Origin: Selaginella moellendorffii
Lineage: Eukaryota; Plantae; Lycopodiophyta
Assembly: GCF_000143415.4 (NCBI RefSeq)
Contig: NW_003314334.1
Coordinates: forward strand, 451,614-515,613
Direction: 5' to 3'
Length of the DNA stretch: 64,000 nucleotides
Shown in pieces: positions 11,160 to 22,779 of the stretch. Made by a program: the position numbers and the translations under genes. Each line of letters starts with the position of its first letter. Position 1 is the first letter of the stretch. The notes beneath the pieces are model-generated. The model searched no databases and was not told the DNA's origin. It saw nothing but the letters and a program-made list of their open reading frames with translations.

Positions 11160-12210
11160 GAGCAAACCCAACTGGAACATGTAAAGGGCTTTAAATGTAT
11201 AATAGAGGGATAGTGGGTACATAAAACGTTGCATTGTTTTGCATTTGGCTTTAGTCTAAGCCTAACTTACTAGCTGGTGAAATATCCTCCTATGTTGAAA
11301 TAACATTACTAATTATACATGATTATAAGTTGGAAAGGATTAGTCTATTAGTTTAAGTAGTCATTGCTATGCTTTTTCATAAATTTTTTTTAGATTGGAT
11401 TCAATGCAAACTTGAGGTTTAATAAAGTTGAGTCTAAAAAATTATTAAGGACAAATGATCAAATATGTAAATCATCTTTTCTTCTGTAAAAAATAATTTG
11501 CAACACGGGGTGATCTTATTATTTATTTTTACATAATGCAATTGAGAGTTCCTATAATGGTCTTATGAGTGGTGTTTAATGAATTGGAAAGAGGTGAAAT
11601 GATAAATTATTTCACTTAGACTTATCATCAAAAGGCTTGAGTTGGAATACTTAATTCTTTTCTCAGAAACATTCTTATTGTTCTATGAGGAGCTTAGTGC
11701 TAGATTAGTTTTACGTTTAGTTAAAGGGAGAGTAGCATTTATGTTGCATCTTGTTATTTAAAATTAGCATTTGATACTAACGTAAACCTTTGTAATAATT
11801 ATATAGGCTTTACTTGTATTGTTCAATTAATGATTAAATCATTAAGAATCTTACTTTATGATTGTGAATAGTGTGTTCATGAAATTATTTTTTGACCCAG
11901 GGTGGTTAATAATGATACTAATCATATAGTGAATATTGATAGACTAATCTCAATAAATGCAAGTTAACAATATAAATTTCTTATCACCATATTAAAATAT
12001 GTTTGACTACATAACAATTTAGGATTTCCTTCTTTAGTGCCTTTCTGGTATAATGTGTATATGTTAACAGTAGTTTAGATGGGTAATTAATTTTTAATAA
12101 AAGGTTTAGCAATACTAATCTCTTATCAACATGGCAGTAAAAGGAGAATGTAATCGAAAGGATTTATTGATAAATAACTTTGATATCCATAGTTATATTT
12201 GTGATACTTT
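11160..12210. mobile_element. AT-shifted ancient fragments of the LTR family found at 40326-48000
   Basis: 11955-12207 aligns with about 40897-41003 plus 41980-42109 (ttaggatttccttctttagtgcc; ttgatatccatagttatatttgtgata vs ttcgatacccgaagtcacattcgcgaca). 11190-11295 is an inverted piece (taggcttagac, tacccactatccct). Confidence 0.7.
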
Positions 12211-14227
12211 CCAAGTTTCAATTGCTTCCATCTGAAGTTCATTTTCATAATTGATTGTTTAAACAAAACAAGATGATAACTCTTGGTGGAAGATAAAAGT
12301 GCAATCATTTATATGCTCTAAACTAGGACACAAACATATTGAGTCCTTATTAAGGCAAAAATTTCATGTTAGTTTTGCCAATTTTCACCCTTTTTATAAA
12401 TTAAAATTTGTAAAATCCAAAGTTATCAATTTATAAACTTGAAATTTTTATTTAGTCTCCAATCCACCTTACAAGCTGAGATTTTTCTTATTTATTAATA
12501 GACTGACTTAAAAATTGAAAAGATTCTATAAGCATTACTTTTGAGTTGAATTTATCACTACACGTAGACAATTTAATACTATGTAATCCAATAGTTTTTA
12601 GAATACTATATGAATGAATGAATGAATAGACTTCCTATGAGTTTAACTTCTTTGTTTTTACAAATAAAGAAGTATTACAAATTAGAAGTATTAATCCTTA
12701 GAAAATAAGACATTCACCGTTGGGTGAATTAATATTGGAAAAAAATTTAGTATGTCTTAGTTATAAAACAAATTAATTTAATATACAAATTAATATTTTT
12801 AACTTTAGTTGGAGTGTTAATTTTTTTTTCAACCAGTCTTTAAAATTGGCTATATTTTGAAGTGCAAGCCCAAAAACTTGGAGATGTCTATATGAAATTT
12901 CTACCCTAGTCCTACTATAGAATGATATTATAAAAATTTAAATTCTTTCTATTGTGACTTTAAGTAAAGTTTGAGTATAATATTGGATATTTTGATTTTT
13001 TCCTTCTGTATTCAAACATTTTTTATTGTTAGAAGGCATTTCTCAATATGATTCCAAGTATATATTAACACAAGTGTTATAAACAACCAAAGAAAATGAT
13101 TTGAGAGATAATTTATTACAGTTATGATATAGAGGGAAAGAGCCTATGAATAATAATGCAATTTTTTTTATTAGTGAAAGGTCTTAAAATACTTGGGGTT
13201 AAATGTATTGGGAAGTTCAAAAAGGTTTCAAGTCATTACATATCCATATATTGATATTAACATTTGGTAGATCGGTTTGCTCCACTAAGCTAGACTTAAT
13301 GGGTAAAGTGTCAAAAAAGTAAGGCTTTTGGAATCTATAACTTCAATTCATAAAGTTTAATAAACAAGAATACACTCTATTTTGTAATTGGTTAGTAATT
13401 TTGGGATATTTAGAGTTAAACATTTTTAGGTTTGAATAATATTGATTGAATTACCTTCTGGGAAGTTTAAATGTAAAATTTTACAAATGTATAGTGATAT
13501 ATCATATCATCATGTATAGCATGGTTAGAATGTATAGAAAGACACTAGATAAAGCTGGGAAATGTAAAAAAGGAAGTTAATCTTTCTATAATAGATCTTC
13601 CTTTCTTTCTTTTCTTTTCATTCCATTTCTTCTTTTCTTTTTATATCTTTTATAGATCAATCCAATTTAGCTTTTGAAATACACTTATACTTTATATAAT
13701 CATCTTCCTTTAAGATGACCCATATTATAATCAAGTAAAATATAAAATCTTATTTTGAAGTAAGACTTTTGGGAGAAGAAAAACTAAGTGGCTTCAACAT
13801 TTTCCATTTTAGCGATTTGGCCAACTTTATAAACGAAATTGTTTGAGTTTATGATATAAAACCACAAGGTCTCAACAAAATATCACTCTTTATTAGAGCA
13901 TAATACAAGGCATGATGAAGACATGATATATGTATAAAAAAGAAGATGTCACATTATATTGCTTTATCAAGTTATATTAATAACAAACTCCTAGACTTTA
14001 CTATTAGATTTTTACTATGTTTTCATTTTATATTTGGATTTACCAATTAACTTTATGAGGTGTAAAAGCATAAAAATTATTAAAATTATACAAAAGTAAA
14101 AATTTAAAGTGTAATGATATTACTTTACTTTATGTATACTTTATGACATAGTACTTTAAAACTAGAGTAATTAAAATTTAATATGGTATATAATTTATTA
14201 TAATAAATATTAATCCTATATCTAAAC

Positions 14228-15094
14228 ATGAAGGCTGTATATTTATTCTTACTAATTTTATTTTTAGGAATATTTACTAAGAGAACTAAACTTGATATTG
14301 GAGATTCTGATATTTTAGATGAACTTGTACTAAATAATATTGTAAACACTTTTGCAAAAGCAATTAACACTATACCAAATTGTAGAATTCCATTAGGTCA
14401 AAGTGTAAATGGAAGCTTAAATGTTAAAACAACAAATATTTTATATGGTATTTTTATTTTAGATACAATTGAACAATTTTGTCCCATATATAATGAAGGC
14501 AGTTTAGATGCAGGATCAATTATAAGAACTTTATTATATGATATGTTACGAGAAAATTATAAAGATATGTTAATTTTTTGTGCTTCACATGTTATTATAA
14601 GTAAAGGACCATTTTATATTTATTATTTTATAAATAATTATAATTTACCAAAATCACAACAAATGACAATAAAAAATACTGATTGCAATATTTTTAAAAA
14701 TATATTAATAGGTGGATATTTTAATATGCCACACCAATACTTGCTATCTACACAATATTTAATTTCCTTAAACCAAAAAGCTTATTTTTATGTGAGTATT
14801 GATTGTAACTTATTAATATATTTCAATAAAAACAATATATGGTCTTCGAAAACTTCAAATAAAGGCATTAAATGTATATTAAGATTACAAGAAGATGGAA
14901 ATTTGGTTTTATATTCTTACAATAAAAAAGTTGTTTGGACTACAAATACATATTGCAAATATTTAAATTGTTATGAAAATGCATATTTTATTATTCAAAA
15001 TGATTGTAACTTAGTTTTATATTTTACATATCAAAAAAGATTTAGCATTAAACCATTATCAACACCGGTATGGGCATCAAAAACATTTTGTTAA
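14228..15094 (+). CDS. Secreted protein with C-terminal bulb-type (GNA/B-lectin) mannose-binding domain
   Basis: Signal peptide MKAVYLFLLILFLGIF. Three QxDxNxVxY-like subdomains (SIDCNLLIY, QEDGNLVLY, QNDCNLVLY) with following W(S/T/A)(S/T)xT motifs. 288 open codons. Confidence 0.8.
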   Translation: MKAVYLFLLILFLGIFTKRTKLDIGDSDILDELVLNNIVNTFAKAINTIPNCRIPLGQSVNGSLNVKTTNILYGIFILDTIEQFCPIYNEGSLDAGSIIRTLLYDMLRENYKDMLIFCASHVIISKGPFYIYYFINNYNLPKSQQMTIKNTDCNIFKNILIGGYFNMPHQYLLSTQYLISLNQKAYFYVSIDCNLLIYFNKNNIWSSKTSNKGIKCILRLQEDGNLVLYSYNKKVVWTTNTYCKYLNCYENAYFIIQNDCNLVLYFTYQKRFSIKPLSTPVWASKTFC

Positions 15095-15252
15095 TCTCAA
15101 TTATATATATGAGAATATGAATAATGTATTCTGAGTTTAATTTGAATAACCTTTAAATAGATAATCTGTTGATATCTTTTCGAGCTCCTGCGATTTTGGA
15201 GTTTTAAAAGAACCCTAAAAGTAAATGATGTGAGAGAACAAATGGTCTTTCA

Positions 15253-17130
15253 ATGCGAAAATGCCCAAATTTTCAACTCCTCCAGGCTTCCTATGCCTCT
15301 CTACTCAAGCAATGCGAAACTCCCTGTGATCTTAGAACTGGCAAGAGGGTCCATGCAAAGATCCAGGCCGATGGCTTGCAAGCCGACACCTTTCTCGCCA
15401 ATCTCGTTGTCCAGATGTATGGAAAATGCGGCAGCATCCATCAGGCAGTCTCCACTTTCCAGTCAATTGTGAGGAAGAACCTTTTCTCCTATGCAATTCT
15501 CATCACAGCTCTCGACCAGCATGGCGATTTTCGTGCGGCGATCGAAGCTTACCGCGCCATGGACAGGGGTCTCGTCCCGGACGACGTGACCAACGTTGCC
15601 ATCTTGGCTGCGTGTTCCAAGCTCGGGGATGTGAGCGCTGCTAGATTACTCCACAAAGAGATCGTGAATCGGCACATTCGCCTTGGGACAAAAGTTTACA
15701 ACTCGCTGATCACAATGTATACTAAATGTGGTAGCGTAGAAGACGCAAAGGGGATCTTTGATCAAATTCCAGAAAGAAACTTAATCTCTTGGAATGCAAT
15801 GATCTCAGCATTTGCCAGGTCTGGGCAAAGTTTCAAGGCAGTTGAGCTGCTAAGGAGGATGGAGAATCAAGGAGAGAGACCCGACCGCTATACATTTTGC
15901 AGCATTATCACAGCTTGTTCTTTCACCGGGAGTGATGTTATTCTTGGAGCATCTTCTTGTTCTAGTTCTCTTGGAGCTACTGGGAGAATGATCCACGAGA
16001 GAGTGATTCTACTGGGACTGGAATGCGACGTTGGTGTTGGAACTTGTCTTACGAGTTTCTACTCCAAGATTGGTCAGATCGATCAAGCAAGAAGACAATT
16101 TGACAAGACGGAGTTAAAGAACGTTGTCTCGTGGAATGCTATGCTTGCAGCATATGCCACAGCCGGGCATTTGGGAGAACTTTTGAAGCTCTATCGCATA
16201 ATGGAAGTGGAACCTGACTCCACAACTTACTCCATTGTTCTTGGTGCCTGCGCGAGCAGTGGATATTTGGAGCAAGGCCGACGAGTTCACGAGAGGCTCC
16301 TGCAAAACACCCCGGACATGATCACCTCCGACTCGATCGTACAAAACTCGCTACTAAATCTCTACGCGAAGTGTGGAAGGCTGGACGAATCCACCAAGGT
16401 TTTCGAGTCGTTTTGCTCCAAGAACACGGCTGCCTGGAACTCACTCATCGCAGCTCACGTCCAGTCCGGAGATCCAAACACCGCCGCCAACGTCTACAAG
16501 CGATTGCTGCAAACTCCGGATGTAATGCCGGATGCTTTCACCTTCTCCACAGTTCTTGGAGCCTTCACAGCTCTCGGGGCGATCGACGAGGCCGCGCTCG
16601 TTCACAAGGAAATCGTTTCCAGAGGATTCTCCAAGGACGAAATCGTGCTCAAAGCTCTCCTCAACACTTATGCCAAGTGTGGAAACCTGGAGAACGCGCT
16701 GGAAATCTTTAAAACCATCAAGATCAGGGATACCATCTCGTGGACTTCCATGATCCTTGGATACGCTCAACACTGCCAGGTTCCGCAATCCTTAGAGCTC
16801 TTCCGGGAGATGATCCACCAAGGCTTGAGCCCCGACTACGTAACTTACACTAGCATTCTCCACGCCTGTGGCCACGAAGGCCTCTTCCACGAAACGCTAG
16901 AGATCCTACGGTGGATGGAGCGCGACTATGGCATCCAACGGACGCTGGAGCACTACCACTGCGTCATTGACATGCTTGCTCGCCTTGGTCAGCTAGACGA
17001 GGCCGAGGAGCTCCTCAAAGCCATATCTTACGAGCACGAGAGTGATACCATCGCTTGGATAAGTCTGCTATCGGGCCTTAAAACACAGCTAGATGATAAC
17101 TTTCGTCAACAAATGATTCGCAGCTCGTAG
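15253..17130 (+). CDS. PLS-class pentatricopeptide repeat protein ending in a partial E domain (no DYW)
   Basis: Repeated NSLITMYTKCGS / SWNAMISAFA / TFxxxLxAC motifs, then EHYHCVIDMLARLG..AWISLL. Confidence 0.92.
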   Translation: MRKCPNFQLLQASYASLLKQCETPCDLRTGKRVHAKIQADGLQADTFLANLVVQMYGKCGSIHQAVSTFQSIVRKNLFSYAILITALDQHGDFRAAIEAYRAMDRGLVPDDVTNVAILAACSKLGDVSAARLLHKEIVNRHIRLGTKVYNSLITMYTKCGSVEDAKGIFDQIPERNLISWNAMISAFARSGQSFKAVELLRRMENQGERPDRYTFCSIITACSFTGSDVILGASSCSSSLGATGRMIHERVILLGLECDVGVGTCLTSFYSKIGQIDQARRQFDKTELKNVVSWNAMLAAYATAGHLGELLKLYRIMEVEPDSTTYSIVLGACASSGYLEQGRRVHERLLQNTPDMITSDSIVQNSLLNLYAKCGRLDESTKVFESFCSKNTAAWNSLIAAHVQSGDPNTAANVYKRLLQTPDVMPDAFTFSTVLGAFTALGAIDEAALVHKEIVSRGFSKDEIVLKALLNTYAKCGNLENALEIFKTIKIRDTISWTSMILGYAQHCQVPQSLELFREMIHQGLSPDYVTYTSILHACGHEGLFHETLEILRWMERDYGIQRTLEHYHCVIDMLARLGQLDEAEELLKAISYEHESDTIAWISLLSGLKTQLDDNFRQQMIRSS

Positions 17131-17221
17131 AATACATTGGCCATACAATCAAGGATCGATCGCATCAGAAGATAAACAAACTTTACATTGGCGATGAAAA
17201 AATCGAATTTTTGGCAGCGAT

Positions 17222-18575
17222 TCACCCCCAGTAGTCACACTTGACGTGTTTGGCGAACCAAATCGCGATGTCTTCCACACAAGCTTGCGCAAGCTTCGTG
17301 TCGAGGAAGCAGTCGATGGTCGCAAAGCCATGGACGGCGTTCCTGTACGTGAGAAAGCTCGCGTCCACGCTCACCATCTTGAGAGCTTGGACGTAGGCCG
17401 CCGCGCGGTCTCTCAGCATGTCTAGCTCGGCACTGATCACTAGCGTCGACGGCATCTTGGAGAGGATCGAGCTGCGAGAAGAGCTGCGAGGATCGATGGA
17501 GCTAGCTACCGCGAGATGTTCTTCCGGGAGAAACCAGCTCCAGGCCAGAGCCAACATCTCTCTGTCCAGAAAATACGCATCAGCCAGCGAGATCTCTGAG
17601 GGAAGAGGCGTGCTTCCACCCAGCAATGGATAAATAAGAACCTGGCTCACGACTTTCAGCGGCTCTAGTTCCAGCTTTAAACTTACACACGCCTGGGAGA
17701 CTTGCTCGGCGATGGTTCCTCCAGCTCCAATCCCCATCAAAGCACACCTGGTGGATCGAAGAAAGGTGTAAGAACTTTGAAGAAATTCAGTAAAGTTTCT
17801 CTTTTTCTATCTTTTCTTACCTCGAGTAATCAACGTGAGCGGAGATCCATGGATCCGCTGGCATTTGTCCAAAGCTCTCGATGATCCCGTGAGAGACAGC
17901 CGTGGCTGGAAACGCGGCTAGATTTCCCTGCTTTGCTAGCCACTTGAGCGTGAAGATCCCATCGTCTCTTGGAGCTGGGAACTTATTGTCTGGAGCGAGA
18001 CGATAGCCCACCGCGATCACGATACACTTGCAAGCTTTGGCGATCCTCCGGCAAAACACGTCGTTGGAGGAGGAATCCTTGCTGCCACTCACGAAAGCCC
18101 CGCCATGGAACTGGACTATCACTGGAAGCTTGACGTGTTCTTGCTTGCTCGCTGGAAAGTAGCCGCCAGAGAACTTGAGAGCTTCTTCCAGTGCCAGGAG
18201 CTTCTCATTGTCGGAATTCCCATTGCTGCTACCGACGGAGCTTCCATCCGAGAGCTCCAGCGAAGATCTCAAGGATTCCTCGTCCCCTGGCGCTGTGTGA
18301 TCTCGCGGCAGCCATCCAAATCCCTTGCTGCCCGCCGCGTCACTAACCCCGAGACAGTGGTGAGGGAGGAAGATCCGAATTGCCACCCCGGTCGCTGGAT
18401 CAATGATGCAATCCTTGGTCGCTACCCCGTCGACGAAGGAAGCATTGGGAGGGACGCGAGTGTTACTGCCCTGGGCGGCTCGATTCGACACCGCCCTTCC
18501 ATCTCTCATCACCACGCATCGCCGGATGGATTGCTTGTAGCGCCAGCTCGAGATCTTGAGACCCAGATTCAGCAT
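17222..18575 (-). CDS. Carboxylesterase/GID1-family (HSL-type) alpha/beta hydrolase, CXE11/16-like; exons 17821-18575 and 17222-17747
   Basis: LPVIVQFHGGAF..GS, DVFCRRIA, GYRLAP..FPA, ELDMLRD, AVHGF. GT-AG intron at 17748-17820. The nucleophile elbow reads GIGAG. Confidence 0.9.
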
Positions 18576-19029
18576 TCCTCGACCGATTCTTCCTCAATTC
18601 CCATGAAAACGTATCCAATCGCTAGCAATCACTGCCTGTCGCACCGCTCACAGCTGAAATTTCTTACCCGGGGCATTGGATCCAAGAACGCGAGGTCGAG
18701 CGAAATCGAGCGCGTCAGCAGCCGCCGGCGTAGACCGGGTAAGCGCCAAGAAGATTGGAAAACCCTAACAGGGAGAAAGGAGACACCGAGGAAGCAACGG
18801 CGATAGAAGAATAAGAACCCTAGAAGCAACCATAGCCATGCACGAGGCACACGTCAATGCCCGTCAACTCCGGGGGGCTTGAAGAGCGCGGTTATTTCGC
18901 CGACGTTACCATGACCAAGTTACCATTACCATTTTTGGTACCATTACCATTATCCTTTTTTTCCTTGCCCTACAGTAAAGCTCTGTGTCTAGGGTTCTTG
19001 GGGGAGGCATCGATCGCCAAGCGCTTGCC

Positions 19030-21025
19030 ATGGAGGACTAGTAAGAAATTCTCTCCTCCGTGCTTAGATTTTGATAGGCGGCCCGCATTTGCAGCGATCG
19101 CGACGAGGGCGGGCAGCCAATCTTCGATCCAGACGAGGATGCAGCTGAGGAGGAATGGCAGCAACCCCCAATTGAGGATGATTGGCAGCAACAGGAGGAA
19201 GACGATCAGCCGCAGCGGCGAGAGGAATCGCCGTCGTCGGCGCACGGCGGCGCTGGATCAGACGATGGCGATGCCGAGGAGGCGTCCAAATCTGAGAAAC
19301 CCCGGAAGAGGCTTGTCAAGAAGAGCGCTATTGGGCAATCCAGCAAGGCCGGCAGGGATGACGAGCGCAGGAAACCCAGGGAAGAAAGGAGAGAGCGATC
19401 GTCGCGGCTTTTCAAGCATGATCGAGGTGGAAAGGAGAGTGAGATGAACGAGATGTGGAACTCGGTTGCTGGAGGGAATGACTCCGAGGTCGGTGACAGT
19501 TCTTTCTTTTCTCCTTTCTTTTCTTTTGGTTGTCTAAAGTTCTTTGCTTTCTTCTAGGATGACAATGAGGGGCAGCGAACTCAAGCTGATATGGCTTTCA
19601 TTGACGACACTGGAGTGGAACCAGCAGCTCATTACATTGGCAGCGATGATGAAGCTGGCTCGGCCGGAGATGCTCCACAGGTGCTGAGAATTTTTTATTT
19701 GTCAAGTTGTCTGTGACAGTTGAGCTCACCACGTTTTTTCCTTGTACAGGCAGAAGAAGGCGAAGAGGAGGACGACTTGAAACGGATATTTAAGAGCGGG
19801 AAGAAACGAAAACAGGCTGGACAGACAGACGAAGAGATTGCAGCTCTGGTGGAGCATGTTATTACCAAGTTAGCGAACGCGGCCGAGGATGACATAAAAC
19901 TAAACCGGCGATCAAAGCCTGCCATCAACAAGCTCAAGCTGCTTCCGACGCTTGTGAACTCGCTGCAAAAGTAAAGTGAACATCGGTCGCTGGTTCTCGA
20001 TTTCTAATTCGTTTTTCCAGACGCCAGTATCAGAATGAGTTCCTCGATCGGGGTGTTCTTGGCTTGCTAAAGTCGTGGCTTGAGTCTCTTCCGGACGGTT
20101 CTCTGCCGAACATGAACGTTCGTACCGCAATTCTCCAGCTTCTCACGGACGTAAGCAGACACTGATTCTTTTTTTTCTGATTGCCTCAAAAGAGTGTGTG
20201 TGTTTTGTAGCTGCCAATCGATTTGGAGCACGAGGACAGGCGAGAGCAATTAAAAAAGAGTGGTCTTGGAAAGGTATGGCCTTGACATCATTTAGCATGT
20301 CATGTTAATTTTCTTGTCTGTCACTTTAGGTGGTGATGTTCTTGTCAAAGCTGGATGAAGAAACGCCTAGCAACAAAAAGCTGGCCAAAGATCTCGTGGA
20401 TAAATGGGTATGCTTTTAGCAAAGCCGAGTGTGTGATTAAGCTGTTCTCTTTGTTTGCCTTTTTGCAGAGCCGGCCACTGTTTCAGAAAAGCACTCGTTA
20501 CGAGCACCTGAGGAATTACGATGAAGAAAGGCCTATCGCAAGAAAGGCACAACCGAAAAAGTAAGAACAGGGAGGGGCCTTTTCCCAGTGCTAACTTGTT
20601 CCTACAGGCGAGTAATGCGCAATTCTGTGGAAGACGATTTGCTGGACGATGGATCCGAGTGAGTAGATCGAATGGCTGTTCTGATATGGTGCTAACGTTT
20701 TGTGCTCTCCAGGGAAGCAAAGCCTGGCCAGCCCGGCTACAGGAACCACGCGTCTCGTCCGGAAGCAGTGGCAATGGACTTCGTCGTTCGTCCGCAGTCG
20801 AAAGTGGACATGGACGAGATACTAAACAGTCGCAAGCAGCAGCAAAAGGCCGAAACAAAGCGCTCGAAGGTAAGCGAACGAGTGTTCTTAGCTCCGGGAT
20901 TCTCGTTAACCCGATCTTTGATCCAGATGAACAAGAAGTTGCAGCAACTGAGAACTCCCAAGAAACGAAAGTTGCAAGCCGAGAGGATCAGTGTGGAGGG
21001 ACGTGGTCTCGTAAGAACTGTGTGA
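19030..21025 (+). CDS. IWS1: Transcription elongation factor IWS1 (Spt6 interactor, TFIIS-N domain), multi-exon
   Basis: Acidic N-terminus MEDY|DRDEGGQPIFD.., KPAINKLKLLP, EFLDRGVLGLLKSWLESLPDGSLPNMNVR, EQLKKSGLGK|VVMFLSK, C-terminal ISVEGRG. Short GT-AG introns. Confidence 0.92.
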
Positions 21026-21173
21026 GTAAAGGCCTCTTCGCCTGTAACTCTGGAGACCATCTTCTTCTCCAAATGCAAGTTAAGGAACCAAGATAGCTTT
21101 CTCTGTAAAGATAAGATGGTTTCAAATCATTTGATCAACCAAAATTTAAACCACAGAGCATACCACTCAAGTT

Positions 21174-22682
21174 CTACTGGTAAAAGCTCATCTCCTTGCT
21201 GGATTTCTTCACATTGGCTTTATACCCCTTCTCGATGTCCTTGGCAAGAACTATGTATCGGTTCTTTCGCACTGCTTGTATCCCAGCTTCCTGGCAAACG
21301 GCTGATATCTGGAAAGCACAAGAATTGTTCGTGAGTTTTTCCTCTTCTAAATCGCAACGCGAGCGCTTACTTCGGCTGCCGTGATCTTGTCCGGCCTCGA
21401 AATAAAGTCCTCGAAATCAACTTCATCGCTGAGGTTCATCTTGGACGTGCAAACCTGGAAAATGAGTCGCTTCTCTCGCTTATCTGGATAGGGGAACTCG
21501 ATCTTCCTGTCGAGTCGTCCAGGCCTCAGTAGAGCAGGGTCCAAAGTATCGGCACGATTTGTAGCCATGATAACCTTCACATTGAGACTTTGATCGAATC
21601 CATCCAACTACAAGAGAACACTTTCAGCAAAGGTAGAAAATCTGAAAAAAAAACCGAAAGAAAAGAAACCTGAGTAAGAAGCTCCATTAAAATCCGCTGC
21701 ACTTCCCTGTCTGCACCATTTTGAGAATCAAAACGAGCAGTGGCGATGGCATCCACTTCATCGATGAAGATGATGGCCGGCGCATTTGCTTTGGCAAGCT
21801 TGAAAACATCGCGCATCATCCGTGGACCCTGCACAACGTTTGAACGTTGAACCCGAAAGGTTGAGAGCTTTCGACGAGAAAGAGTAGAAACTTACCTCTC
21901 CAAGGTACCTTTGAATAAACTCCGATGCCACAACCCGGATGAAAGCAGCCGAGGTGTGATGCGCCACGGCCTTGACGAGCATGGTTTTGCCAGTTCCCGG
22001 AGCACCATACAACAAAACCCCCTTGGGCGGATCAACTCCGAGTTGCGCGTACAGCTCGGGATGGGTCAGTGGAAGCTCCACAACTTCTCGAATCTCTTGC
22101 TTCTGGACTTCTAATCCCCCGATATCCTGGAAAACGAAAGAAAAGTTTTAGCAAAGGTGGTGAAAGCTTCTCTCCAGGAAAAAAAGAAACGAGAAAAGAA
22201 GATCAAAGGTGGTGTGAAGTTTGTCTGCAAAAGAGAAGAAAAATCGAAGGAACTTATACCGCATACGTGACGTCCGGCCTGAGAGAATCCGTGAGGAGCG
22301 TCACCGAAGAGTTCACCTCCAATGAAAGAACATCCATGAGAGCAAACGAGTGCGTATGGAGAGCAACCGAGCTCCCGGGCTTGAGAAGCTCTCTGTTGAC
22401 GGTGCTCTGGATCCGAACATACCGCGGCGTGTTATTCCACAAGACAATCGCATGATCCCCATCGATCACCTCCATCAAGAGCCCCAGCATAAGCGGCACG
22501 GATCGAAGCATCGCTAGCTCTTCACTCGCGAAAAGGATCTGGCGCCGCGCGAATCTCATCTCCGTCTCCATGCACTCTAATCGGGTGTCGCGGTACCTGA
22601 TTTCGTCCTCCAAGGCCTTGAGCCGGAGGTAGACCTCGCCATCGCCCGCGGCAGCACATTGCCTTCTATCGACCAGCGCCAT
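21174..22682 (-). CDS. RPT3: 26S proteasome AAA-ATPase subunit RPT3 (6B), divergent paralog; exons 22260-22682, 21896-22126, 21670-21828, 21371-21607, 21174-21308 (394 aa)
   Basis: Walker A GAPGTGKT, Walker [47 protein letters not shown]-terminal HbYX FYQ. All exons splice in frame. Confidence 0.9.
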
Positions 22683-22779
22683 TGAATCAAAACCCTAAAG
22701 AAAGCTCGTTTGAATAGATTGCCGCCCTTGTACTCCTTTTGTGCGAGAGAGAGAGAGAGAGAGAGAGGGCGAGCGAGCT
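22683..22779. promoter_or_regulatory. 97-bp head-to-head intergenic region with telo-box and (GA)n tract
   Basis: aaaccctaa at 22691 and a GA repeat at about 22745-22767, between the RPT3 ATG (minus) and the orphan gene ATG (plus). Confidence 0.55.
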
